Part shown: one piece after another, positions 39,091 to 48,285 of the stretch
Position numbering within the stretch: the stretch's first letter is position 1
Layout: every line of letters starts with the position of its first letter
Assembly: GCA_016784145.1 (NCBI GenBank)
Contig: JADHVF010000002.1
Span: forward strand, 9,102 to 73,101
DNA: 64,000 nucleotides
Origin: Patescibacteria group bacterium
GTDB taxonomy: Bacteria; Patescibacteriota; Patescibacteriia; UBA2591; UBA6264
Reading direction: 5' to 3'
Position numbers and translations under genes: made by a program
The notes under the pieces: model-generated
The model's database searches: none
What the model was told of the DNA's origin: nothing
Seen by the model: only the letters and a program-made list of their open reading frames with translations

Positions 39091-39246
39091 TTTTATACTA
39101 AAGCAGTGGAATGACAAAAGTTTCAAGCTTTTAAAATTTTTATAAAAGAGGTATTCTCTATCTCAAGGAGTGAAGGATATCAACCCTCTCTGTCTTGGTT
39201 TGTCGAAGCTTTTAGTGGGGATTGGGAGTTAAAGATAATTTTTATA

Positions 39247-39708
39247 ATGGAAAAAACACTTATTATTTTAAAGCCAGATTGCTTACAACGAAACCTCTTA
39301 GGAGAGATTATTAAGCGATTTGAAAACAAAGGATTAAAAATTGCTGGCCTGAAAATGGGCAGGATTTCTGATGAGCAGATAGACAAACATTATAATCATC
39401 ACAAAGACAAACCATTTTTTAGTGGATTAAAAGGATTTATGCAATCAGCCCCTGTGATATTTATTGTGATTGAAGGATATGATGTCATAAATGCTGTTAG
39501 GGCAATTGTTGGTTCCACTGTTGGCAGGGAAGCGGACGCAGGCTCTGTTAGAGGAGATTTTTCTATGAGTCATTCAAATAATATTGTTCATGCATCAGAT
39601 TCTATTGAAGCAGCAGACATTGAAATTAAACGATTTTTTGCTGAAAAAGAGGTGTTTGATTATCCAAAAGATGACTGGAAATGGGTTTATGCTGAAGATG
39701 AAAAATAA
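39247..39708 (+). CDS. ndk: Nucleoside diphosphate kinase
   Basis: TLIILKPD, GSVRGDF and NIVHASDS motifs. Confidence 0.96.
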   Translation: MEKTLIILKPDCLQRNLLGEIIKRFENKGLKIAGLKMGRISDEQIDKHYNHHKDKPFFSGLKGFMQSAPVIFIVIEGYDVINAVRAIVGSTVGREADAGSVRGDFSMSHSNNIVHASDSIEAADIEIKRFFAEKEVFDYPKDDWKWVYAEDEK

Positions 39709-39721
39709 ATATTAATTTTTT

Positions 39722-40246
39722 ATGATTTTTTTATCAATTTTATTTATAATAATATTTTTTTTCTTTTTATTTGTTTTTTCTAGTTATTCTTGGGCGTTCT
39801 TTAGTGCAGCGCCTTTTGTTTTTTCGTTCAGGGGAGAGGTTGATAGAATGTTAAAAATTGCCAAAATTAAACCAGGAGAAAAGTTTTATGACTTAGGAAG
39901 TGGAGACGGCAGAATGGTGTTAGCAGCTGGCCAACAAGGAGCAGATAGTGTTGGTTTTGAAATTTCTTTTTTCCCATTTATATTATCAAAAATTAAATGT
40001 TGGAAATATTCTAAAAATTGTAAAATTTTTTATAAAAATTTTTGGAAAGCAAATTTAAAGGATGCTGATATTATTTATTTTTATCTTTTGCCAAAATCTT
40101 CTTCAAAATTAAGACATAAATTTGTAAAAGAACTAAACACGGGCACAAGAATAATATCAAATGCATTTCCAATCAAGGAATGGGAGCCAACTAGGGTTTT
40201 TAAGAAACAAGGACATCCTCCTCTATATCTTTATCAAATAGATTGA
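39722..40246 (+). CDS. Membrane-anchored class I SAM-dependent methyltransferase
   Basis: APFV and YDLGSGDGR motifs; N-terminal TM helix. Confidence 0.85.
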   Translation: MIFLSILFIIIFFFFLFVFSSYSWAFFSAAPFVFSFRGEVDRMLKIAKIKPGEKFYDLGSGDGRMVLAAGQQGADSVGFEISFFPFILSKIKCWKYSKNCKIFYKNFWKANLKDADIIYFYLLPKSSSKLRHKFVKELNTGTRIISNAFPIKEWEPTRVFKKQGHPPLYLYQID

Positions 40247-40249
40247 TAA

Positions 40250-40660
40250 AGAAAATAATATTAAAATAATTTTTGACCAAAAGCCAATAGATATTGTCCT
40301 AGAAGTAGTTTGGTTAATAATTGTTTTTTTATACAATTATTTTTTTCATTAAAACTTCATAATGTTTTTGAAATATTAAAAATCTTTCTTTTTTAGTTTT
40401 TAATTTTATTTTTATTGTCTGTTTATTTAATGTTGTCTAAGGCATATTAACAGGTCAATGATGACCAAAAAGCAATTGACATAGTTAAAAAATCGGTTTA
40501 TCTTATAACTAAGACCAATTCACCTGCTTATCCAGAAATATCAAGACAATATTATCAAGTATTAGGTTTTCTTTATTTTAAGATAGGTAGAAATGATTTG
40601 AAAGATGTGTGTCTAAAACAAGAACAAAAAATATTTAAAAAATCTAATAAAAAATTATGA
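40250..40660 (+). pseudogene. Probable decayed membrane/TPR protein gene
   Basis: Frame reads ..*FLILFLLSVYLMLSKAY*QVNDDQKAIDIVKKSV...YQVLGFLYFKIGRND...KKL*; TPR-like helices broken by TAG (40394) and TAA (40448); ends in an ATGA overlap with the next gene. Confidence 0.4.
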
Positions 40661-41157
40661 CACAAGAAAAAAAACAAGAAGTTGATTTTGGGAAGGTTCT
40701 TGTCTCATGGGAATTTCCAGAATATACTCAATATAAAAAGACGCGTTCATGGCAAGTTGTTGTTAGTGGAATTTGGTTAATTATATTTATTTACTCAATA
40801 ATTATTGCCAATTTACTTTTTGCTATTTTTTTGGCATTGGTTGTGTTTATTGTTTTCTTACAGGAGAAAGCAACACCAATGGATGTTAAAATAAAAATTT
40901 GTGAGCAAGGGATAATTATTGGAAAGAAATTTTATGAATGGTTTGAAATCGAAAATTTTCGATTAATTTATAGACCTCCAGAAACAAAAAGATTATATAT
41001 TGACATTAAAGATAGCTGGTTACATGACTTTTCCGTCTCTGTTGAAGACCAGGATCCAAGAGAGATTAGAAAAATATTAAAAGAATTTTTAGAAGAAGAT
41101 TTATCAAGACCAGAGGAGACGATAATAGATGCTTTGAGTCGTTGGTTAAAGATATAG
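40657..41157 (+). CDS. Hypothetical membrane protein (2 TM helices plus PH-like domain)
   Basis: WEFPEY..K...W, two TM helices, then KICEQGIIIGKKFYEWFEI. Confidence 0.7.
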   Translation: MTQEKKQEVDFGKVLVSWEFPEYTQYKKTRSWQVVVSGIWLIIFIYSIIIANLLFAIFLALVVFIVFLQEKATPMDVKIKICEQGIIIGKKFYEWFEIENFRLIYRPPETKRLYIDIKDSWLHDFSVSVEDQDPREIRKILKEFLEEDLSRPEETIIDALSRWLKI

Positions 41158-41168
41158 GTTTTTCTGGG

Positions 41169-41240
41169 GCCCCTGTAGTTTAATGGATAGAGCGTGTCCT
41201 TGCGGAGGATAAGACCCAGGTTCGATTCCTGGCAGGGGCA
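41169..41240 (+). tRNA. tRNA-Arg(GCG), CCA not encoded
   Basis: Acceptor GCCCCTG/CAGGGGC; anticodon arm TGTCC-TTGCGGA-GGATA; T arm CCAGG-TTCGATT-CCTGG. Confidence 0.9.
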
Positions 41241-41314
41241 TTTATTGATTATTAATTACTAGATTCAGGGATTTTGTTCCCTATTTTTTTTAAAAAAGAA
41301 ATTATATAAATTAT

Positions 41315-43906
41315 ATGTTATTAGTAAGCTTTATTGCCTTGTGCTTATCAATTTATTTCTATAAAAGAATAAAAGTTTCTATTTTTTTTAAAATTTTATT
41401 TAGCTTAGGGACATTGGTCTCTATATTTTTTTATGTGTTATATTTTATTGCAAATTATTTTACTGGCAACGGAATAACAAATGCTGTTTTTTATTATTTG
41501 GAATATGGTTTAGAAGGAGTAGATTTTTTAGAATACATTAATTTAATTTCAGTAGCGAGTCTTTTTCTTTTATTTGGAATAGTTTTGGCTATTTGGATAA
41601 TTCTTAAAAAGAATCATAAAGAAAAACATAATGTTATATTTTTTTTGGCTGTTTTTTTGTTCTTGTTTGTTTCTTTAGCATTAAATCCAGTTACAGTTAG
41701 TTTAGGGAAAATGGTGTTTAAAAATAAAGAAAATATTATTATGGATAAAGATTCAGTGTTTTATGAATTTTATAAACATCCCAGAATTAGGCAAATAGCT
41801 AAATCAAAAAATCTTGTATTTATTTATGCTGAAGGGTTAGAAAGGACATATTTTGATGAAGCCATTTTCCCTGATTTAACTAAAAATTTAAAAAAAATTG
41901 AGTCAAAAAGTGTTTCCTTTATGGATTTGTCACAAGGTCCATATGCAGAACATACTATTGGGGGCATGGTTGCAGGGCAGTGTGGTTTTCCATTAATAAT
42001 TCCGTCTTTTTCTATTGTAGGGGCTAATTCAATGTTTGGCATGGATACTTATTTAGAATCAGCTATTTGTTTAGGGGATTTATTACATGATGAAGGCTAT
42101 TATTTAACTTACTATGGTGGAGCCCCGCTTTCTTTTGGAGGCAAGGGGAAGTTTTATTTAACTCACAAATTTAATGATGTTAAGGGTAGGAATGAACTTT
42201 TAGAAAAAATTCCCAACCAGGATTACAGAAGTGCTTGGGGAATATATGATGATTCATTGTTTGATTTGGCTTATAATAGATATGTTGAATTAGCCAAAAA
42301 ACAAGATAAGTTTGCAATGTTTTTGTTGACATTAGACACACACCCTTCTCTTGATGGAGGATATCCTTCCAAGAGTTGTAATAATATAAAATATCAAGAC
42401 GGCAACAATTTAATGCTAAACGTGGTAGCTTGTTCAGATTATTTGATTAGCAATTTTGTTAAAAAAATTAGAGCATCAAAGTTAGACCAAGAAACAGTTA
42501 TTGTGATTGTTTCAGATACTCTTGGGCAAAAAAATGATGCTACTGAATTGTTAAACAAGGGAGATAGAAAACTTCTTTATTTAATAAATGAACCAAATAG
42601 TGTGGCTGGCACTAAAATAGATAATCCTGGATTAAATTTTGATATAGCATCCACAATGCTTCCTTTTATAGGGTATAAGGGGGACATAGGCATGGGGCGA
42701 AACTTATTTGAAATAGAATCATCAACTAATAGGGTTCAGAATATCATAGATAATTTAAGTGAATTTAAGTCTAATGTATTACAATTTTGGAAATTTCCAA
42801 AAATAGAAAAATTTATTGAAATAAATATGAATCAAAAAAAAATATTTATTGACAACAATGAATATGAAATCCCAATTCTTATTAAACTAAATGATGATTT
42901 AGAAACCATATTAAATTTTAGATTTTTTACCTCTAATGATTTAGCTCTAATTGAGAGCATTACTAATTCAGTTGAGGACAATGGATTTATATTGATAGAA
43001 GAATGTTCTAAAATAAATTATATTATTAATACAGGAATAGATAATGATAGTTTTTGTTTATTGGCTGGAAAAAACAATAAGTATAGTTACATGAATTTAA
43101 CTCCCAGAATTGATTTAAGTCAAGAAAAAAAATATTATATGCATTCTTTTCCATCGCTTCGATTGTCAATAGAAGAAATTCATAAAATTATTAACAAGGG
43201 TGTAAATAATTTTTCAACCAAGATGATTGCACATGCAGGAGGAGGAATAAATAAAAGCACATACACAAATAGTTTTGATGCGCTAGACAGCAACATGGCT
43301 AAAGGGTTTTCTTATTTTGAAATAGATTTTGTTTTTACAAAAGATAATAAGTTAGTTTGTTTGCATGACTGGGAGTCTAGTTTTGAGGATACATTTGGAT
43401 TTAAAACAGAAGAAAAATTAACATTAAATGAATTTAAGAAATTAGCATCAACCAAAGCAATGTTTCATAACTGTACTTTATTAGAGTTAGCTTCTTGGAT
43501 GGAGAAACACCCGGATGCTTATCTTGTCACAGACATAGAAGGGGATAATGTTGAGGCCTTGAAAATGATATCAACCATAATCCCTGATTATGAAAAAAGA
43601 GTAATCCCACAGATATATTCCCCTGCTAATTTTTCAAAAATTAAAGAAATGGGATATGACCAAGTTATATGGACTCTTTATAGGTATGGAGGGACTAATA
43701 AAAATGTATTGGATGTAATTAGACGATTTTATGGCTCTTTTGCCATAACAATGCCTGTTGATAGAGCTAAGACAGATTTACCACTAAAATTAAAAGAAAG
43801 AGAAATTCCAACCTATGTACATACAATCAATTTAATGGATGAAAAAATAAATTTCACGAAGAATTATCATGTTACTGAAATTTATACAGATTTTTTGACT
43901 CCTTAA
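41315..43906 (+). CDS. Phosphoglycerol transferase (OpgB/LTA-synthase family) fused to a C-terminal glycerophosphodiester phosphodiesterase domain
   Basis: TM helices; NLVFIYAEGLERTY, HTIGGMVAGQCGFPL and LTLDTH; C-terminal IAHAGG...YTNS...FEIDF..TKD..LVCLHDW. Confidence 0.82.
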   Translation: MLLVSFIALCLSIYFYKRIKVSIFFKILFSLGTLVSIFFYVLYFIANYFTGNGITNAVFYYLEYGLEGVDFLEYINLISVASLFLLFGIVLAIWIILKKNHKEKHNVIFFLAVFLFLFVSLALNPVTVSLGKMVFKNKENIIMDKDSVFYEFYKHPRIRQIAKSKNLVFIYAEGLERTYFDEAIFPDLTKNLKKIESKSVSFMDLSQGPYAEHTIGGMVAGQCGFPLIIPSFSIVGANSMFGMDTYLESAICLGDLLHDEGYYLTYYGGAPLSFGGKGKFYLTHKFNDVKGRNELLEKIPNQDYRSAWGIYDDSLFDLAYNRYVELAKKQDKFAMFLLTLDTHPSLDGGYPSKSCNNIKYQDGNNLMLNVVACSDYLISNFVKKIRASKLDQETVIVIVSDTLGQKNDATELLNKGDRKLLYLINEPNSVAGTKIDNPGLNFDIASTMLPFIGYKGDIGMGRNLFEIESSTNRVQNIIDNLSEFKSNVLQFWKFPKIEKFIEINMNQKKIFIDNNEYEIPILIKLNDDLETILNFRFFTSNDLALIESITNSVEDNGFILIEECSKINYIINTGIDNDSFCLLAGKNNKYSYMNLTPRIDLSQEKKYYMHSFPSLRLSIEEIHKIINKGVNNFSTKMIAHAGGGINKSTYTNSFDALDSNMAKGFSYFEIDFVFTKDNKLVCLHDWESSFEDTFGFKTEEKLTLNEFKKLASTKAMFHNCTLLELASWMEKHPDAYLVTDIEGDNVEALKMISTIIPDYEKRVIPQIYSPANFSKIKEMGYDQVIWTLYRYGGTNKNVLDVIRRFYGSFAITMPVDRAKTDLPLKLKEREIPTYVHTINLMDEKINFTKNYHVTEIYTDFLTP

Positions 43907-43920
43907 TCATTCAATAGAAA

Positions 43921-43966
43921 ATATAAATAAAAAATACAGACAATTAATGTCTGTTTTTATTTATAT
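43921..43966. terminator. Bidirectional hairpin terminator
   Basis: ATATAAATAAAAA..CAGACA-ATTAA-TGTCTGTTTTTATTTATAT between the convergent CDS and tRNA-Asp. Confidence 0.7.
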
Positions 43967-43969
43967 GAT

Positions 43970-44046
43970 TGGCGGTCCGGACGGGACTCGAACCCGCAGC
44001 CTTCTGCGTGACAGGCAGATGATCTAACCAATTGATCTACCGGACC
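43970..44046 (-). tRNA. tRNA-Asp(GTC); first 10 nt overlap the 3' end of rplT
   Basis: GGTCCGGTAGATCAATTGGTTAGATCATCTGCCTGTCACGCAGAAGGCTGCGGGTTCGAGTCCCGTCCGGACCGCCA. Confidence 0.96.
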
Positions 44047-44384
44047 ACTGATTTTATGATTTTGGCAAAGATTTCTTCATGATGTTCAGCCAATTTAGCT
44101 AGTATCTTTCTATCTATATCAATATTGTTTTTCTTTAACTTGTTAATGAATTCAGAATAGCTAATTCCTTGTTTTCTGCAGCCAGCATTAATTTTAATTT
44201 GCCAAAGGGCTCTAAATGTTCTTTTTTTAACTTTCCTGTCTCTGTATGCATATACGCCAGCCTTGGCCGAGGCTGTTTTAGCTAGTCGTACCTTGCTTTT
44301 TCTGCCACCACGATAGCCCTTAACTGTTTTAAGCAGTTTTTTTCTTTTCTTTAAATGGCTTTTTCCTCTTTTTACTCTTGGCAT
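44037..44384 (-). CDS. rplT: 50S ribosomal protein L20
   Basis: MPRVKRG, YAYRDRK..KR.FR.LW..INA and DRKILA motifs. Confidence 0.98.
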   Translation of the reverse strand: MPRVKRGKSHLKKRKKLLKTVKGYRGGRKSKVRLAKTASAKAGVYAYRDRKVKKRTFRALWQIKINAGCRKQGISYSEFINKLKKNNIDIDRKILAKLAEHHEEIFAKIIKSVVR

Positions 44385-44397
44385 AAGATATATATTA

Positions 44398-44577
44398 TTA
44401 TATGTGTTGGCTAATTGTTTTTCTTAAACTTTTACTCAATGTTTTTTTATTTCTCTTGTTTCTTTTTATTTTTCCAGATTCTTTGGCATTAAAATGGTTT
44501 TGGCCACATGTTTTATGTAGCAATTTTCCGCTCTTTGTTTTTTTAATTCTTTTGGCTATTGTTTTTCTTGTTTTCAT
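44398..44577 (-). CDS. rpmI: 50S ribosomal protein L35 (not in the ORF track)
   Basis: Hand translation MKTRKTIAKRIKKTKSGKLLHKTCGQNHFNAKESGKIKRNKR...QHI*; lies between infC and rplT with an ATGA overlap. Confidence 0.92.
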   Translation of the reverse strand: MKTRKTIAKRIKKTKSGKLLHKTCGQNHFNAKESGKIKRNKRNKKTLSKSLRKTISQHI

Positions 44578-45077
44578 TTTTTTCTGATTAATACAGTTAT
44601 TTTATTGTTTTGTCTTTTTGGTCGTTGCTCGACTATTGTTTCCTGCTCAATCTCATCTATAAATTTATTGAGCATATTAAAGGCAAGGTCAAAATGAGCT
44701 TTTTCTCTTCCCTTTAATATTATTTCGATTTTAACTTTATTGCCTTGTTCTAAAAACTTGGTAGCATTTTTAATTCTAAATTCTAAATCATGTTTTCCTG
44801 TTCTTGGAGTTATTCTTATTCCCTTGGTTCCCTTGGCCTTTTGGCTCTTTTTTTCTTTGCTTTCTTTTCTTTTTAAGTCGTATTTTAATTGTCCAAAATC
44901 TAATATTTTTGCTACTGGTGGTTCTGCTTTTGGACTAATTTCAACTAAATCAAGTTTTTCATTTTTAGCGATTTCAAGAGCTTCAGATATTTTTACTATT
45001 CCTAAGTGTTCGTCATTTTTGCCCAATAAACGAACCTTTTCTGCTTTTATTCGATTGTTAGTTTTATAATATTTCAA
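44574..45077 (-). CDS. infC: Translation initiation factor IF-3 (TTG start)
   Basis: VRLLG, LDLVEISPKAEPPVAKILDFG and GKHDL..R motifs; an in-frame TAA lies four codons upstream of the TTG. Confidence 0.96.
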   Translation of the reverse strand: MKYYKTNNRIKAEKVRLLGKNDEHLGIVKISEALEIAKNEKLDLVEISPKAEPPVAKILDFGQLKYDLKRKESKEKKSQKAKGTKGIRITPRTGKHDLEFRIKNATKFLEQGNKVKIEIILKGREKAHFDLAFNMLNKFIDEIEQETIVEQRPKRQNNKITVLIRKK

Positions 45078-45090
45078 TTTTTTTAATTAA

Positions 45091-45160
45091 ATAATTATTG
45101 ATTACTGATTATTGATTAATGATTACTGATTAGTGATTATTGATTACTGATTAACTATTA
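45091..45160. repeat. Heptamer tandem array (NTGATTA) x ~10 between ssrA and infC
   Basis: ataatta ttgatta ctgatta ttgatta atgatta ctgatta gtgatta ttgatta ctgatta actatta. Confidence 0.9.
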
Positions 45161-45166
45161 GTTAAA

Positions 45167-45553
45167 TGGTGGAGATGGCGGGTAATTCTCCCGCGTCCGC
45201 AAACAATTAAACAAAAATATCTACCTTTATAGTTTGGTTATTTTTCTCGATAAAAAAATAGAAACCAAACAAAATTTTTTTTACCAAAGCCCTATTTTAT
45301 TTAAATTAATTTTATTGGGCATTAAAATTAATCTGTCCTGCAAAAATGATACCAATATTTGCTAGCAGGAGTCGTAAACATCAGCAGTGATTGTCAATTT
45401 TATGCAACCACAGGGCTTAAAGCAGGAACAGATAAAATCTGTTTTGCTTTTACCAATAAATTTTTGGCATTTATTTGTTTTTAGAGAATTAACGCATCTC
45501 TTAAAACGAAAGGCTGTTTTTGAGTAATAATCTCGTCAATTATTAACATCCCC
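45167..45553 (-). ncRNA. ssrA: tmRNA (one-piece, 387 nt); predicted tag (A)AKNLLVKAKQILSVPALSPVVA*
   Basis: 5' GGGGATG pairs with CATCTCC-ACCA with a G3.U wobble; GAC motifs on both sides; T-stem GCGGG/CCCGC; resume context ATAAAT-GCC with tag ORF at 45468-45400; smpB 4 kb away. Confidence 0.88.
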
Positions 45554-45586
45554 TAAATAATTCAAAGAACTTCAGTATATTTTATT

Positions 45587-45614
45587 AGTATAACAGATTT
45601 TTTACAAAAGTCAA
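45587..45614 (-). promoter_or_regulatory. Sigma70-type promoter for ssrA
   Basis: Minus strand TTGACT-16 bp-TATACT with extended -10 TG. Confidence 0.6.
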
Positions 45615-45622
45615 TATTTACT

Positions 45623-47725
45623 TTATTCTTCGTCTTTATCTGTTAGTTTTTTTTGAATATTTTTTGGTACAGGAGAATAGCAATGAAATTCCATTGATGA
45701 GTTTCCTCTTCCTTCTGTTATTGATCGCAGCGTGGTTGTGTATCCAAACATTTCTCCTAAAGGAACAATTGCTTTTATTATTTTTATTTTTTCTCTTGCT
45801 TCGGTTTCTTGTATTTGAGCTCTCTTTGAATTAAGGTCACCAATTACATCTCCCATAAAGTCTCCTGGAGCAGCGATTTCAATTTTCATTATTGGCTCAA
45901 GTAATACAGGGTCTGCTTCTTCAACTCCTTTGCGAATGCCCCTGGTAGCAGCTACTTTAAAGGCTGCTTCAGATGAATCAACTTCATGGAAGCTACCATC
46001 ATAAACTGCTACAGACATATCAACAATTGGATATCCTGCTACCACGCCAGTGCTCATGGCTTCTATTACCCCTTTTTTAATTGCAGGAATATATTCTCTT
46101 GGAATTGACCCACCTTTTATTTCATCTTCAAAAACAAACCCCTTTCCTCTCTCCAAAGGAGTTAATCTTAATAAACAATGTCCATATTGACCCCTCCCTC
46201 CAGATTGATGAATGTATTTTCCTTCGGTTTCAACTTCTTTGGTGATTGTTTCTTTGTAAGCAACTTGAGGCCTGCCCACATTTGCTTCTACGTTGAATTC
46301 TCTTTTCATTCGGTCAATAATAATTTCTAAATGTAATTCTCCCATTCCTGAAATAATTGTTTGCAAGGTCTCTTCATCGGTTCTAACCTTAAAGGTTGGG
46401 TCTTCTTCTGACAATTTATTTATAGCCACCCCCATTTTTTCTTGATCTGATTTTGTTTTAGGTTCAACAGCCACGGATATAACAGGATCAGGAAAGGTAA
46501 TAGATTCTAATATGATTGGGTCATCGAGAGAACATAAAGTATCTCCAGTGGTTGTATTTTTTAAGCCAACAATTGCTGCTATATCTCCAGCTAAAATTTC
46601 CTTAACTTCCTCTCTTTTATTGGCATGCATTCGTACTATTCTGCCAATCCTTTCTTTCTTCCCAGTACTAGAATTAAGCACATATGAGCCTGCTTCTAGT
46701 TTTCCGGAATAAATCCTAAAATAACATAAACGACCTACAAAAGGATCTGTAGCAATTTTAAAAATAAGAGCTGAAAATGAGGCATTTTTATCTGCTTTTC
46801 TTGTTTTTCTTTCTTGTTTGTTTTCTTCTTCCTCTTCGTCTACAGCTTCTTTTATGGCTGGAACATCTAAAGGAGAAGGAAGATATTTACAGATTGCCTC
46901 TAATAGTGGCTGAATGCCTTTATTTTTTAGAGCAGAACCACAGAATACTGGAACAATAGATCGACTTGTAACAGCTTTTCTGAGTGCTTGTTCTAGTTCA
47001 GTTACTTTAATTTCTTCATTGGCTAAATATTTTTGCATTAATTCCTCGTCATTTTCAACGATTTTTTCAATTAAATCATGTCTGTATTTAGTTGCTTGTT
47101 CTTTCATTTCTGTTGGGATTTCCCTTGTTTCTGTTTCTTTCCCCATTTCATCTAAATAAATTATTGCTTTTTCTTCCAGTAAATCAATTATTCCATTAAA
47201 GTCAGCTTCTGTCCCAATTGGTAACTGAATTGGAATGGCGTTTTTGGTCAATCTTTCATGGATAGATTTCATGTCAAAATAAAAGTCAGCCCCGGTTCTA
47301 TCTAATTTATTTACAAAAGCAATTAAAGGAACCTTGAATTTATCAGCTTGATGCCAAACTGTTTCTGATTGAGGCTCAACTCCAGCTACTCCATCAAAAA
47401 CAACTACGCCACCATCAAGAACTCGAAGAGACCTTTGGACTTCAGCCGTAAAATCAATGTGTCCAGGTGTATCGATAATATTTATTTTAATATCTCCTTG
47501 TGACTTTGTTTCCCAAAATATAGTTGTGGCAGCAGAGGTGATTGTTACCCCTCTTTCTTTTTCTTGTTCCATCCAGTCCATTTCAGCTTCTCCTTCATGA
47601 ACTTCTCCGACTTTGTGTTTTTTACCGGAATAATATAAAATTCGTTCAGTGACAGTTGTTTTACCAGCATCAATATGAGCAATAATTCCAATATTGCGAG
47701 TTTGTTTTAATGATGTTTCAGTCAT
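45623..47725 (-). CDS. fusA: Elongation factor G
   Basis: [31 protein letters not shown] and SFHEVDSSE motifs. Confidence 0.98.
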   Translation of the reverse strand: MTETSLKQTRNIGIIAHIDAGKTTVTERILYYSGKKHKVGEVHEGEAEMDWMEQEKERGVTITSAATTIFWETKSQGDIKINIIDTPGHIDFTAEVQRSLRVLDGGVVVFDGVAGVEPQSETVWHQADKFKVPLIAFVNKLDRTGADFYFDMKSIHERLTKNAIPIQLPIGTEADFNGIIDLLEEKAIIYLDEMGKETETREIPTEMKEQATKYRHDLIEKIVENDEELMQKYLANEEIKVTELEQALRKAVTSRSIVPVFCGSALKNKGIQPLLEAICKYLPSPLDVPAIKEAVDEEEEENKQERKTRKADKNASFSALIFKIATDPFVGRLCYFRIYSGKLEAGSYVLNSSTGKKERIGRIVRMHANKREEVKEILAGDIAAIVGLKNTTTGDTLCSLDDPIILESITFPDPVISVAVEPKTKSDQEKMGVAINKLSEEDPTFKVRTDEETLQTIISGMGELHLEIIIDRMKREFNVEANVGRPQVAYKETITKEVETEGKYIHQSGGRGQYGHCLLRLTPLERGKGFVFEDEIKGGSIPREYIPAIKKGVIEAMSTGVVAGYPIVDMSVAVYDGSFHEVDSSEAAFKVAATRGIRKGVEEADPVLLEPIMKIEIAAPGDFMGDVIGDLNSKRAQIQETEAREKIKIIKAIVPLGEMFGYTTTLRSITEGRGNSSMEFHCYSPVPKNIQKKLTDKDEE

Positions 47726-47812
47726 AATAATAAATAAAGTTAAAAATTTTCCCCCTTACTTTTTAATAAAAGAAACGGGGGAATATAAGTTAATATAATA
47801 ATTTTATAAGTT

Positions 47813-48280
47813 TTATCTGGCAAAGTGAGCAAAGGCTTTGTTTGCTTTTGCCATTTTGTAGATGTTATCTTTTTTTGTTATTGTTTCCCCTTCGTTGTTG
47901 GCTGCTTGCATTAATTCAGCAGCAAGCTTAACAGGCATTGTTTTTCCTTTGGTTTTTTTTACAGAACTAATAATCCATTTTGATGCTAAAGTGAATTGTC
48001 TGGCTTCGTTTGTTTTATAAGGAATTTGATAGTTTGTTCCACCAATTCTGCGAGACCGCAGTTCAACCACAGGAGATACATTTTTAATTGCTTGTTCAAA
48101 TATATCAACGGGATTTTGTTTAGTTTTGGTTTTAATAATATCAAATGTTTCAAATATAATTTTTTGAGCTATGCTTTTTTTTCCACCCTTCATTATATAG
48201 TTAATAAACTTAGCTATTTTAATTGAGTTATATTTTGGGTCTGGATTTATTTTTCTTTTTATGGCTTGTTTTCCTCTCAT
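47813..48280 (-). CDS. rpsG: 30S ribosomal protein S7
   Basis: PDPKYNS, GKKSIA, RRIGGTNYQIP and ANKAFAHF motifs. Confidence 0.98.
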   Translation of the reverse strand: MRGKQAIKRKINPDPKYNSIKIAKFINYIMKGGKKSIAQKIIFETFDIIKTKTKQNPVDIFEQAIKNVSPVVELRSRRIGGTNYQIPYKTNEARQFTLASKWIISSVKKTKGKTMPVKLAAELMQAANNEGETITKKDNIYKMAKANKAFAHFAR

Positions 48281-48285
48281 GTTGA

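Noticed and set aside
38871-39114. Short ORFs of 61 and 66 aa
   Set aside because: They overlap the two tRNA-Ser genes.
44402-44587. Plus-strand 61-aa ORF
   Set aside because: Antisense shadow of rpmI.
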